Source of the DNA: a virus
Taxonomy: Duplodnaviria > Heunggongvirae > Uroviricota > Caudoviricetes
DNA length: 47,627 nucleotides
Strand: one strand, 5' to 3'
Virus record (IMG/VR): IMGVR_UViG_3300029720_000461
A model generated the notes under the pieces. The model had not been told where the DNA came from, did not search any database, and saw only the letters and a program-made list of their open reading frames with translations. Both the position numbers and the translations under genes were made by a program. Shown in pieces: positions 18,304 to 27,779 of this stretch; position 1 is the first letter of the stretch; every line of letters begins with the position of its first letter.

Positions 18304-19830
18304 ATGAGATTAAATGAAGTATTAAAAGACACGGATATAGGAGATATAAATTACGATTTAGCAGTACAGCTTGCTAAGAAAGTAAATGAAATTGGCGGAG
18401 CTGCTTATTTTGTAGGTGGGTATGTAAGAGATAAACTACTAGGTATTCCAAATAGAGATATTGATATTGAAATACATAATGTAACACCCTATATATTAGA
18501 AAATATATTAAAAGAACTGGGAGAAGTCCAATCAAGAACCGTAGGGAATAATTTCGGGATATATAACATAGATGGTTATGATTTGGATATATCTTTGCCT
18601 AGAAAAGAGAAAGCCACCGGAAAAGGTCATAAGGATTTTGAAATAGTAGTAGACCCTTTTCTTTCCTTAGAAGAATCAGCAAAAAGAAGAGACTTTACTA
18701 TAAATGCTTTAATGGAAGATATACTCACAGGGGAAATTAAGGATTATTTTGGCGGACTGGATGATTTACATAATGGTGTCATAAGACATATAGATGATAA
18801 AACATTTATAGAAGACTCGCTAAGAGTATTAAGAGCCTGTCAGTTTGCAGCAAGGTTTAATTTCACAATTGCTCCTGAAACAATTTGTCTTTGTAAGACT
18901 ATGGATTTAAGTACCCTGCCTAAAGAACGAATTGCCGGGGAGCTTAGTAAGGCACTTTTAAAGACAGATAAACCTTCAGTATTCTTTGATAATCTTTATG
19001 AATGTAAACAGACAGAATGGTTTAAGGAAGTATATGCTCTTAAAGGTATCAAGCAGAATAGTATGTATCATCCTGAAGGAGATGTGTATATGCATACCAT
19101 GTCTGTATTAGACCAGGCTGAAGAGCTTTTCCCTACAGGTATAGACAATCCGGACAGGTATTTACCATTTATGTTATCAGCCTTATGTCACGATTTTGGC
19201 AAGGTAAATACAACTGAAATAAACAGTAAAGGAAGATTATGTGCATTAAATCATGAAATAACAGGTATTCCGATTGCAAATGATTTTCTTAACCGGATTT
19301 ATAACAATAAGAGCTTTATCAAGTATGTTGATAATATGGTTGAATATCATATGAAAGCACATAGCTGTTTTAATAATCGTTCAAGAACAAGAACCACAAA
19401 TCTAATGTTTGATAAGCTGTTATATCCAAAAGATTTTATTTTGTTAGTGTATGCAGATAGCACAGGGCATGATTTAAACAATCTTGATAATAAACAGTTT
19501 AATATGTTTTTAGAAAAAGCGATGATGGAAATTGGGTTCTTAACAGACCGATATCTTGATTATAGCAAGAAAATATCAGAGCCACATATCATGGCTGAGG
19601 ATTTAATTGATATTGGACTTAAGCCATCACCACTGTTTAAAATTATACTTGATAAGGCTTGGGATATGCACCTTAAAGGAGTAAAGAAGGAAAATGTATT
19701 AAAGCAGATTGCAGGTGAACTTGACGGAGAAGATAAAATGCAGCTTTGCAAAGCTATTAAACAATCTGATTTGCAGACAAAGCATCTGGCAGCAACAAAA
19801 AATAAAAATATTTATAATAAAGAACTATAA
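18304..19830 (+). CDS. cca: tRNA nucleotidyltransferase (CCA-adding class II) with HD domain
   Basis: VGGYVRD..DIDIE, RRDFTINAL, EDSLRVLR..QFAARF, HPEGDV..H, HDFGK; start moved to ATG 18304 on RBS evidence. Confidence 0.9.
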   Translation: MRLNEVLKDTDIGDINYDLAVQLAKKVNEIGGAAYFVGGYVRDKLLGIPNRDIDIEIHNVTPYILENILKELGEVQSRTVGNNFGIYNIDGYDLDISLPRKEKATGKGHKDFEIVVDPFLSLEESAKRRDFTINALMEDILTGEIKDYFGGLDDLHNGVIRHIDDKTFIEDSLRVLRACQFAARFNFTIAPETICLCKTMDLSTLPKERIAGELSKALLKTDKPSVFFDNLYECKQTEWFKEVYALKGIKQNSMYHPEGDVYMHTMSVLDQAEELFPTGIDNPDRYLPFMLSALCHDFGKVNTTEINSKGRLCALNHEITGIPIANDFLNRIYNNKSFIKYVDNMVEYHMKAHSCFNNRSRTRTTNLMFDKLLYPKDFILLVYADSTGHDLNNLDNKQFNMFLEKAMMEIGFLTDRYLDYSKKISEPHIMAEDLIDIGLKPSPLFKIILDKAWDMHLKGVKKENVLKQIAGELDGEDKMQLCKAIKQSDLQTKHLAATKNKNIYNKEL

Positions 19831-19874
19831 AAAGGCTTTTTTACAACAAATGAATACTTAATAAAAGATAAAAT
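19829..19874 (+). promoter_or_regulatory. Long-spacer element promoter, copy 6
   Basis: AAAAAGGCTTTTTTACA-N23-TAAAAT. Confidence 0.75.
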
Positions 19875-19938
19875 GTAATTAAGAAAAGAAACAAAGCAAT
19901 TTTAGAGAGTTTCAAATTAAATTACATTTTATTTTTTT
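19868..19938 (+). terminator. Hairpin overlapping the -10 box, followed by T run
   Basis: ATAAAATGTAATT / AATTACATTTTAT perfect 13-bp arms. Confidence 0.5.
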
Positions 19939-19951
19939 AGGAGTGTTGAAC

Positions 19952-21139
19952 ATGACAAAGACAGTTTATATTCGTGGAAAAAAGTTACAGAATTTATTGA
20001 TGGAAAATAATATCACTCAGAAGGATTTTTGTCAGATGCTAGACATACAGATGTCTGAGCTGTCAAAAATGATACATAATAAACGTACTGCACCTGTTGA
20101 TGTGGTAAATAATATGGCAGAGCTTTTATCAGTAAAACCAGAAAGCCTTATTAATACTAATAAAGAAATAAAAAACACATATAGAAAAACCAAATCTATT
20201 GCCGGTATGAAGTGGAATAATGATTTTTATAAAAGAAGGCTTATACAGTGCGGTATGTATCAGTATGAATTATGTGACCGCATAAAAAGAGATGGTTCAA
20301 TCTTTTATTTATATGCAAGTGGAAAGAGTAATCCAAGTGTAGATACAGTTTTAGAAATTTGTAAGGCATTGAAGTGTTCTTCAAAGGACTTGGTAGGATT
20401 AACAGAAGAAGAAATTAATAAGGCAGCAGGAGAGCAGATTTTTACCTGTCATTATGGTACTTCAGTAAAAGATACAGTAGGCACAGATACAGCCAGACCG
20501 GATGAAGAAAGCATAACAGAAGTGAAATCCGAAGTTCTCTCCAAGGCTGAAACTTGTGAAGATAATGAAAATGCCATATGGTTTGATTCAGAAAAATATA
20601 AGAACTTTGAAAGTTCCAATGTAATAGATAACATTGAAACAATCAATAAGAACCTACTTGCAATGGTAGAAGACCTTGGTATGGCAAATTCAGTGTTATT
20701 AAAGAAGATGGATGAGCTTATGAGTATGAATGTTCATTTGGCAGAGCGTATAGACAGCCTTGAAAAAAGAACATCAATCAAGCCAGTATCACAACCGGTA
20801 AAGCCTTTTAAGCCTAACAGTTCAACACTCTGGGGAAATAATACATGTAGTGAAGCTGAAATGAAAGAAATCATTAAGTCAGAAGTTAAGAACTGCACTG
20901 TTAAAGAATATAAGGATAAGATTTATAAATTAGCTGCATATATGGCAAAGAAAGAAAACAGTATATCAAATGCAATACTTAGTAAGAGTTATACACAGTT
21001 CACAAAAATATATGGACTTGCCCCTGATGCATTAAAGAAGGAAACCGGAATGACATGTACAATTGATGCGATATATGCCAATCCATTAAGCAGGGAGATT
21101 TATTTTAATATGATGTGTACAAATGCATCACATGCTTAA
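19952..21139 (+). CDS. Tandem XRE-HTH regulator with antirepressor-like C-terminus
   Basis: Two Cro/C1-like HTH units; coiled coil; helical C-terminal domain. Confidence 0.75.
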   Translation: MTKTVYIRGKKLQNLLMENNITQKDFCQMLDIQMSELSKMIHNKRTAPVDVVNNMAELLSVKPESLINTNKEIKNTYRKTKSIAGMKWNNDFYKRRLIQCGMYQYELCDRIKRDGSIFYLYASGKSNPSVDTVLEICKALKCSSKDLVGLTEEEINKAAGEQIFTCHYGTSVKDTVGTDTARPDEESITEVKSEVLSKAETCEDNENAIWFDSEKYKNFESSNVIDNIETINKNLLAMVEDLGMANSVLLKKMDELMSMNVHLAERIDSLEKRTSIKPVSQPVKPFKPNSSTLWGNNTCSEAEMKEIIKSEVKNCTVKEYKDKIYKLAAYMAKKENSISNAILSKSYTQFTKIYGLAPDALKKETGMTCTIDAIYANPLSREIYFNMMCTNASHA

Positions 21140-21168
21140 GTCAATTTTGTTATAAGAAAGGACACAGT

Positions 21169-21345
21169 ATGAAGATTTTGGTAGATGAAATGCCTGTATT
21201 TGAGCAGGAGTGTCCATTTTATGAGGCATATAAAGAAATGTGCAGATGTGATGGGAATAGATGTGAACATATGCACCTGTCAAGTGAAGAAAGATGTCAA
21301 CAAACTGAGTGCAGGTGGTTAAAAGAGTATAACCGTGAAGAATAA
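21169..21345 (+). CDS. Small Cys-rich phage-type protein
   Basis: MKILVDEMP..CPF; RBS. Confidence 0.65.
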   Translation: MKILVDEMPVFEQECPFYEAYKEMCRCDGNRCEHMHLSSEERCQQTECRWLKEYNREE

Positions 21346-21361
21346 TATAGGAGATGATACT

Positions 21362-21778
21362 ATGATTATAAAAATTAACTTTAAAGATAATGATTATCAG
21401 GAATTAGTTGAAAATTATCTTAAGATATTCAATTTGAATATCTTATATGATTTATCTGTGCAGCTTGATAAAAAAATATCAGTACCATGTATCAAAGCAT
21501 ATGAGAATGCACAGGAAAAGAGTAATTGTATTCTTAATCCTAACATTGATTATAAAGTAACAGCAGATGATTATGACTTTTTAAGAGAAAGAATAAAGGC
21601 TTCTCTTAAAGAGTATTTATTAAGAAATCCAAGATTAAATGAATTATCAAAGGAATATATAGAAAAACATTTTATAGAAGAGATGGATATTTCATTTCCA
21701 AAAGCCTTCTATGATAAATGGGAAAACGGAGAAGTAGGTTACTGGTTTTCACATAGCGGAACGACTGTTATTCAGTAA
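21362..21778 (+). CDS. Hypothetical protein
   Basis: AGGAG RBS before ATG 21362. Confidence 0.75.
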   Translation: MIIKINFKDNDYQELVENYLKIFNLNILYDLSVQLDKKISVPCIKAYENAQEKSNCILNPNIDYKVTADDYDFLRERIKASLKEYLLRNPRLNELSKEYIEKHFIEEMDISFPKAFYDKWENGEVGYWFSHSGTTVIQ

Positions 21779-21791
21779 AAGGAGACAGGAT

Positions 21792-21959
21792 ATGACTTGG
21801 TATACATTGTTTAATAAGTTAAGGAAAATGACATTTAAAGATGCACAGTCATCAAAAGTATACGCAGTACTGGAAAATCCGGCTACAGGTAAAACAGAAA
21901 GATTGATGCTTACATTAAAGTATGATGCAAAAGGAAATCCGTATTTGATAAAGGAGTAG
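21792..21959 (+). CDS. Small hypothetical protein (55 aa, not in ORF track)
   Basis: AAGGAG RBS; MTWYTLFNKL...; fills the gap. Confidence 0.6.
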   Translation: MTWYTLFNKLRKMTFKDAQSSKVYAVLENPATGKTERLMLTLKYDAKGNPYLIKE

Positions 21960-21962
21960 ATT

Positions 21963-22301
21963 ATGAATAAAGAAGAAGCATCAGAAAAATTAGAAAGATA
22001 TCTTGAATGTCAGTCAAATGACTGTAATTTGGAGTGTGATAATTGTGAATTATTTGAAGGACTATTAGATGAACATAAAGAAGCTATCAGGGTAGTAATA
22101 CAGGAGCTTAAGAAATTAAGTATTAAAGAAATTCCAAAGAAAATAAAGAAGCAGGCATATATGGAGACTACATGTAATTGCGGACATGTATTTTCTAAAC
22201 ATCATGGAGATGGATATTATTCAATTCCATATGAGAATATGACAGCATATTGTCCGGATTGTGGTCAGAAATTAGATTGGGGAAAAGAAGAATGGGATTA
22301 A
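21963..22301 (+). CDS. Phage-type zinc-ribbon protein
   Basis: CDNCE; CNCG; YCPDCGQKLDW. Confidence 0.8.
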   Translation: MNKEEASEKLERYLECQSNDCNLECDNCELFEGLLDEHKEAIRVVIQELKKLSIKEIPKKIKKQAYMETTCNCGHVFSKHHGDGYYSIPYENMTAYCPDCGQKLDWGKEEWD

Positions 22302-22594
22302 CAGATACAGATAAATTAATAGAGAGTTTAACAAGAAAATCAATAAAGGAAGAGATACTTGGATTCCAAGAATCAGCAAGTCTTATTAACAGATTAATAG
22401 ATGAGGTTAAAGATGCCCCGACATGTGATATTGAAGATGTTTATAACAAAGCTATTGATGACTTTGCAGCTCTATTAAAGAAGATGGCAAATGAATCTTC
22501 TACATACTATATCAGGCTTGCAGATTATAATACCAATTCTGATTTGAGATTTTATAACATTGATGAATTAGCAGAGCAGTTAAAAAGGAGATAA
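22292..22594 (+). CDS. Phage-type hypothetical protein
   Basis: YNKAIDDFA..IDELAEQLK. Confidence 0.7.
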   Translation: MGLTDTDKLIESLTRKSIKEEILGFQESASLINRLIDEVKDAPTCDIEDVYNKAIDDFAALLKKMANESSTYYIRLADYNTNSDLRFYNIDELAEQLKRR

Positions 22595-22595
22595 T

Positions 22596-22865
22596 ATGGA
22601 TAAAAGAAAGAGAAAACCTATAGCTGTAGATATTAGTAATTGGGGTGGAAGAAGTATTGTATATGAGTGTCCTAATTGTCACACAAGCTTCAGGTTAATG
22701 GGAGATAAAGAACGCTTCTGTCATAATTGCGGAATAAAGATAGACTGGAATGTACAGTTGTTATTAGATAAACCATTTGTAGAAGCAGATAATTTCCTGT
22801 TGTTAAAACAGATTTTATCAGAAGTGAATAAGAAGAATGAAGGGGATAATCAGAATGAAGTGTAA
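22596..22865 (+). CDS. Zinc-ribbon protein
   Basis: YECPNC..FCHNCGIKIDW. Confidence 0.8.
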   Translation: MDKRKRKPIAVDISNWGGRSIVYECPNCHTSFRLMGDKERFCHNCGIKIDWNVQLLLDKPFVEADNFLLLKQILSEVNKKNEGDNQNEV

Positions 22866-23130
22866 CGAGTGTAACAATGCCAATATCTGTTTAGACCATA
22901 TCGAATTACCTAGCCTTATTGGGTGTACGAGTGGAATACCAGACCATAAAGTACCCACCAACGCTGATAGAATAAGGAATATGTCTGATGAAGAGTTGGG
23001 AGATTTGTTGCAGAGTGTAAGTTCTGGTGTAAAGAATGGAAGCCCATTTATCTCTCTTTGTGTTGATGATAATGAAACAACTATAAATTTTAGTGATATT
23101 TCTGAATGGCTTAAATCAGAAGCGGAATAG
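22855..23130 (+). CDS. Phage-type hypothetical protein
   Basis: TNADRIRNMSDEEL..WLKSEAE. Confidence 0.75.
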   Translation: MKCNECNNANICLDHIELPSLIGCTSGIPDHKVPTNADRIRNMSDEELGDLLQSVSSGVKNGSPFISLCVDDNETTINFSDISEWLKSEAE

Positions 23131-23139
23131 GAGATACAA

Positions 23140-23499
23140 ATGAAACGATATAACTTATTAAAGGAAGACGATTTGATAAAAGGCAGGCATTATGAAGTTG
23201 TTAGTACAATTGGACGAAATCCAAATCCTATGAGTGAAACAGCTTATTGTGATAAGTATGGTAATTGGTGTGGCATTCCCGACAATCATACAATTTTAGA
23301 GATTATAGATAATAGTGTTATGTTGGTTTTAGCTAAAGAAAACCCAGAACGATATAAAGAGATTGTATTGGGTGGTTCATATGATGATGGAAAATTTAAT
23401 GATGAGCGTTGTAGGACTTCTTATGTAGATTGCGAAGAAAAATATCCAGTTATTAGCTGTAATTTTAAGCAGAGGGATGAATCTGAAATGGAGCGTTAA
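23140..23499 (+). CDS. Hypothetical protein with ER tail
   Basis: RBS; ends KQRDESEMER. Confidence 0.75.
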   Translation: MKRYNLLKEDDLIKGRHYEVVSTIGRNPNPMSETAYCDKYGNWCGIPDNHTILEIIDNSVMLVLAKENPERYKEIVLGGSYDDGKFNDERCRTSYVDCEEKYPVISCNFKQRDESEMER

Positions 23500-23519
23500 T
23501 ATAAGAAAGGGGATTATAT

Positions 23520-23906
23520 ATGACAGCACATGAGAAAGAGAAAGTCATTAAATATGGGTATGAAAAGTGGAAGAAAAGAAATTATAAAGAGTGCATTATA
23601 GATTTGTTGTATAATTTTGCATCTATAGGCTTATTTGGAATACCATTATTGTTTTATTGTTCTAAGATTATTTCTATTAAATGGGTTGGAATAGCTTTTC
23701 TTATTATAATAATGATAATGATATTGGATATTAAAGCTATTATCTATTATAAGAGAGAAATTAAGGATTATAAGGATTATGCTAATGGACATTGGCTTAA
23801 TGTAACACGATTTGGTAACGACTATGAAATAAGATTTGATGAGTATGTAATGGTAACTTTATCAGATGAAGAAGTGAAGGATTTGTTATATACAGGAATT
23901 ATGTAA
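23520..23906 (+). CDS. 2-TM membrane protein
   Basis: RBS; hydrophobic helices. Confidence 0.75.
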   Translation: MTAHEKEKVIKYGYEKWKKRNYKECIIDLLYNFASIGLFGIPLLFYCSKIISIKWVGIAFLIIIMIMILDIKAIIYYKREIKDYKDYANGHWLNVTRFGNDYEIRFDEYVMVTLSDEEVKDLLYTGIM

Positions 23907-23917
23907 GGAGAAAATAT

Positions 23918-24148
23918 ATGACTCAATTAGAAGCATTAAAAGTAGCTTATGAGGAATTATCAAGTATGATGCCAGATGGTGAAAATGATGAAATTTTTGA
24001 AGCTGCTGAAGTAATTGAAAAAATGATATACACAAAAGAAAGACAGACTCAAAAAAACCAGCTTAAACATGCACCTATGAGCAGAGCCGATAGGAAATAT
24101 AAGCGTGAAATAAACTCCATGTTTAATGATTTATTTGATAGCATGTAA
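23918..24148 (+). CDS. Hypothetical protein
   Basis: AAGGAG RBS. Confidence 0.75.
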   Translation: MTQLEALKVAYEELSSMMPDGENDEIFEAAEVIEKMIYTKERQTQKNQLKHAPMSRADRKYKREINSMFNDLFDSM

Positions 24149-24180
24149 TGTCAATAATAATTTCATAGAGAGGATAAGAT

Positions 24181-24687
24181 ATGAACATATTTAAAAATAA
24201 TGTAAAAGCAAAAAAGATAATAATCATAGGTGGTAAATCTTCAGGCACAATGAGAAAAACTTGTATTAAGCCTTTATCACCAGATATAGATTCACTTATT
24301 ACAGGGCGTACATTAACGGATAGCCTGCTTATAAATGGAAAGTACGCTACATATAATTCAGAGTTTTCAAATGAAGAAATATTAGATGCATTAAAAAAAT
24401 GCAAATTATTACTTAAGCCCTATCGTAATTGTGATTTTTACCATGAAGAATCTGAAATTTCTTCAAGACAGGGATTTTGTGCAAGAGCTGTTTTGCTCCA
24501 TATTGTAAATCAAAGATATAATGCAGCAATGCATGAACTATATGATTGTATAGACGATTATGGGAATGGCAGAATCCGTGTTGTTACAAAGAATGAATAC
24601 ATATTATATGGATGTTTAATTTCATGTTTCATTGAAGCTTTAGAGCATGAAGAGACAAACAATAAAAATAAGGAGATAAAGGCATGA
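24181..24687 (+). CDS. Hypothetical protein with degenerate P-loop-like N-terminus
   Basis: KIIIIGGKSSGTMRKTCIKP. Confidence 0.7.
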   Translation: MNIFKNNVKAKKIIIIGGKSSGTMRKTCIKPLSPDIDSLITGRTLTDSLLINGKYATYNSEFSNEEILDALKKCKLLLKPYRNCDFYHEESEISSRQGFCARAVLLHIVNQRYNAAMHELYDCIDDYGNGRIRVVTKNEYILYGCLISCFIEALEHEETNNKNKEIKA

Positions 24688-25133
24688 ATATAGAAGAAAC
24701 AATAATACAGTTTAAAGAAGATGCAGAAAGCAATCGTGTTGATGGAGATTTAGAATTTGCAAAAGAAAATGAACAGATTGCAAAGTGGCTTGAAGAACTA
24801 AAAGAATATAAGACATTAGAAGCAGAAGGCAAGCTTGTTAAACTGAATTGTAAGGTTGGAGATACAATATGGTATGCTGACCCGTATGGGGAAATTGAAG
24901 ATGATGATGACTACCCTATTAAGCTAGAAATAGATACCATCTCAAGAAATGATAATGATACATGGTATTATGCTTATGATGATGATAGTAATAAATATGG
25001 ATTTATAGATAGTGATTTTGGAGAGACAGCTTTCTTTTCTAAGAAAGAAGCTGAAATGAAGCTAAAGGAAATAACAGAAAATAAAATTACTAAAACACCA
25101 GAACCGGAAGATGATTGGGTAATGGCTAGGTAA
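24684..25133 (+). CDS. Phage-type LEEQG/CKVGDT family protein with tail
   Basis: LEAEGKLVKLNCKVGDT..FFSKKEAE; ends PEDDWVMAR. Confidence 0.8.
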   Translation: MNIEETIIQFKEDAESNRVDGDLEFAKENEQIAKWLEELKEYKTLEAEGKLVKLNCKVGDTIWYADPYGEIEDDDDYPIKLEIDTISRNDNDTWYYAYDDDSNKYGFIDSDFGETAFFSKKEAEMKLKEITENKITKTPEPEDDWVMAR

Positions 25134-25149
25134 AGAAAAGGAGATAATT

Positions 25150-25380
25150 ATGGAAGACTCAAAAAATAAAAAAGCTAAAGATGATTTGACTTATCGTTAT
25201 TTTGTTGCTTTTTCTCATAGCTGCGGCTTTGGAAATATATTTTTAACACTAACAGAACCAATGGATACATCTGAAACAATTAATCAGGTGCATGATTACA
25301 TAGAAAATAATAATAATGTCTCAGATGTTGTTATATTAAATTGGAAAAGAATAAGAGAAGGAGATAATTATGGAAGATAA
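25150..25380 (+). CDS. Hypothetical protein flanked by 20-bp direct repeats
   Basis: RBS; YFVAFSH..VVILNWK. Confidence 0.75.
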   Translation: MEDSKNKKAKDDLTYRYFVAFSHSCGFGNIFLTLTEPMDTSETINQVHDYIENNNNVSDVVILNWKRIREGDNYGR

Positions 25381-25849
25381 ATACTTATCAAAGGCAAGGA
25401 GGATTGACAATGGAGATTGGCTTGTTGGCTATGTTGTAAAATATGGGTATACAGGAAAAGAAAAATATTATATAGTTCCAAGCTATGCTTCTGATTTATA
25501 TGCTATTGAAGTAGACCCATCTACTATCTGCCGAAGCATAGGCTTGAAAGATAAGAATGATAATCTAATTTGGGAAAATGATATTATTCATAAACCATCC
25601 TATACAGATTATGACGCTTATGCTAATTCAGAAGCATATACTGGGCGTATTCAGTATGAAGATGGCGGTTGGTCTGTAGAAATTACAAAGCCTGATGGGA
25701 ATGTATGCGTATCCCCTATTATTGAGATGATTGCTTATTCAAAAGATATAGAATATTGTGAAGTTATTGGCAACATATTTGATAATCCTGAGTTAAATAA
25801 AAGAGAAAAGACATATTGTTGTAAAGATAGTAATGATTATGAGAGGTAA
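25370..25849 (+). CDS. YopX family protein with ER tail
   Basis: GLKDKNDNLIWENDII..EVIGNIFDNPEL; ends DSNDYER. Confidence 0.88.
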   Translation: MEDKYLSKARRIDNGDWLVGYVVKYGYTGKEKYYIVPSYASDLYAIEVDPSTICRSIGLKDKNDNLIWENDIIHKPSYTDYDAYANSEAYTGRIQYEDGGWSVEITKPDGNVCVSPIIEMIAYSKDIEYCEVIGNIFDNPELNKREKTYCCKDSNDYER

Positions 25850-25854
25850 GTATT

Positions 25855-26013
25855 ATGATAGATAAGGAAAGAGTATTAAATGCATTAAATGATTTTAGAG
25901 ATGAGTATGGCACATCATTTTCATCTTGTTATACGGAAGAAACGAGCATTATTGAAGATGCCCTTGATATGTATTATGAAAAGCTTAAGGAAGATAATTA
26001 TTTAGAGAGGTAA
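25855..26013 (+). CDS. Small hypothetical protein (52 aa, not in ORF track)
   Basis: GAGG RBS; ends EKLKEDNYLER. Confidence 0.6.
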   Translation: MIDKERVLNALNDFRDEYGTSFSSCYTEETSIIEDALDMYYEKLKEDNYLER

Positions 26014-26015
26014 GT

Positions 26016-26633
26016 ATGTTTGGAGAAGTTTTTAATAATGAGATAAAACTAAAGGAAGATGAATGTTGTATTGTATTCGATTTTGGATGTTATTTTCCAT
26101 ATGAAGATGCAGACCATCTTTTCTTTGATTTTGAATTTGATGGACAGATATTTAATGATAAGGTTATCAATCACAGATATCCTAATAAATCATATCAGAC
26201 TATTACAAAGAAATACGGCAGGAGATTAAGTAAGGTTGGATATCCATATATTTTCAAACTGGATAATCAGAGGCTTAAAATGCTACATGTAAAAATAGGA
26301 CTACAGGCAGAAGGTCTTAAAGAGCAGCATATAACACTTAATGTTCCAATTGAGACACATATGACAAAGGATAAGCCAGCATGTGCATTAACTTTACATT
26401 ATTTCTTTGATAAAGATGAATTTTTTTTTGAAAGTGATGAATGGGCTGAAGAAGGAGCATGGCATCCTCACGAATGGACTAATTCTGACAAGAAAGAAAC
26501 CGAAGAAAAAAGATTTAATACAGAATATATAACTTTTATGAATCAGCCATGTAAAACAGGAGACCTTGATATAACTTATGAAAATATAATAACACCATAT
26601 GCTTCAAAAATAGATGATTTAATTGTTACATAA
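26016..26633 (+). CDS. Hypothetical protein
   Basis: Long ORF; GAGG RBS. Confidence 0.8.
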   Translation: MFGEVFNNEIKLKEDECCIVFDFGCYFPYEDADHLFFDFEFDGQIFNDKVINHRYPNKSYQTITKKYGRRLSKVGYPYIFKLDNQRLKMLHVKIGLQAEGLKEQHITLNVPIETHMTKDKPACALTLHYFFDKDEFFFESDEWAEEGAWHPHEWTNSDKKETEEKRFNTEYITFMNQPCKTGDLDITYENIITPYASKIDDLIVT

Positions 26634-26674
26634 AAATCAGTTAATGAAAACAAAAATAAGGAAGGCAATATAAC

Positions 26675-27205
26675 ATGAGTAACAGACCTGATATAACAAA
26701 GAAATTATCCTTATCCTTGGAAAAGCATCTTAATCCTAAGAATGATACACGAATATACATAGCAAAGGAATGTACATTTGATTATGCTACTGGTGTAAGT
26801 AAGCGTGTAGATTATTGCCAGTTTAAGCCGGTAAATACATCTGTATCCGGTATCGAGAAGGGAGATTTCTATTGCTATGAGATTAAATCATCTGTAGAAG
26901 ATTTCCATAGTCCAAACGGACATAATTTTCTTGGGGATTATAACTATTATGTTATGCCTGAAGATGTATATATGCTAGTTCAGAAGGAAATTCCTTTCGG
27001 AGTTGGTGTATATATCCCTGATGGGATTAATAAAGGCGGCTGGTATAATTTAAAGGCAGTAAAGAAAGCCCGAAAAATTAACAGAACCAGACCTTTAACA
27101 GAGATACTATTCATGATGTTTCGGTCAAGTAATAGGGAATTATATAAATTGAAAGAAGGTAAAGTAAATAAAGCATGGGTAACTGTAAAAAGAAATGTCC
27201 AATAG
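26675..27205 (+). CDS. MmcB-like PD-(D/E)xK nuclease
   Basis: KE..RVDY..CYEIKSSVEDF..GDYNYYVMP. Confidence 0.75.
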   Translation: MSNRPDITKKLSLSLEKHLNPKNDTRIYIAKECTFDYATGVSKRVDYCQFKPVNTSVSGIEKGDFYCYEIKSSVEDFHSPNGHNFLGDYNYYVMPEDVYMLVQKEIPFGVGVYIPDGINKGGWYNLKAVKKARKINRTRPLTEILFMMFRSSNRELYKLKEGKVNKAWVTVKRNVQ

Positions 27206-27249
27206 CTATAGCAATAATAGTTACTATTTTATAAAGGAGAACAGACATA

Positions 27250-27759
27250 ATGGTAGATATCATGGATTTAAGCGAATATATAATATATTACAGTAATATT
27301 AAAGACTATGGTATATCATGTCTTAAGCTTCAGAAAATATTGTATCTTTTACAAGCTGAATGGCTGATTACAAGAGATGAAAGATTATTTGCTGATAAAA
27401 TAATTGCATGGGATTTTGGAGTAGTCGTACCGGAAGTATATAGAAAATATATACAATGGGGTGGTCTTGATATACCTACATCTAAAGATAAGTCTAATAT
27501 TAATAAATTTAAACTGATGATATCTAAAAAGGACTTAAGACTTATTAATGATTTGCTTGATTATTTCAAAGACTATTCAGCAGTTCTTCTTACAGATATA
27601 ACTTGTGGACAAGCTCCTTGGATTGATGCTCATGTTTACCATCAGGATAATGAAGTAACCTGTGATTCAATCAGAAATTATTTTTTATCTGATAAAGATG
27701 AAAAGCCAAAAAGAAAGAGCTTAAAAAATATACATGATATTGAAGAAATAAAAAGATAA
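27250..27759 (+). CDS. Panacea (DUF4065/SocA-like) antitoxin-domain protein
   Basis: ISCLKLQKILY, LFADKIIAWDFGVVVPEVY, APW. Confidence 0.88.
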   Translation: MVDIMDLSEYIIYYSNIKDYGISCLKLQKILYLLQAEWLITRDERLFADKIIAWDFGVVVPEVYRKYIQWGGLDIPTSKDKSNINKFKLMISKKDLRLINDLLDYFKDYSAVLLTDITCGQAPWIDAHVYHQDNEVTCDSIRNYFLSDKDEKPKRKSLKNIHDIEEIKR

Positions 27760-27779
27760 GATTAGATAGGAGACCAGCT

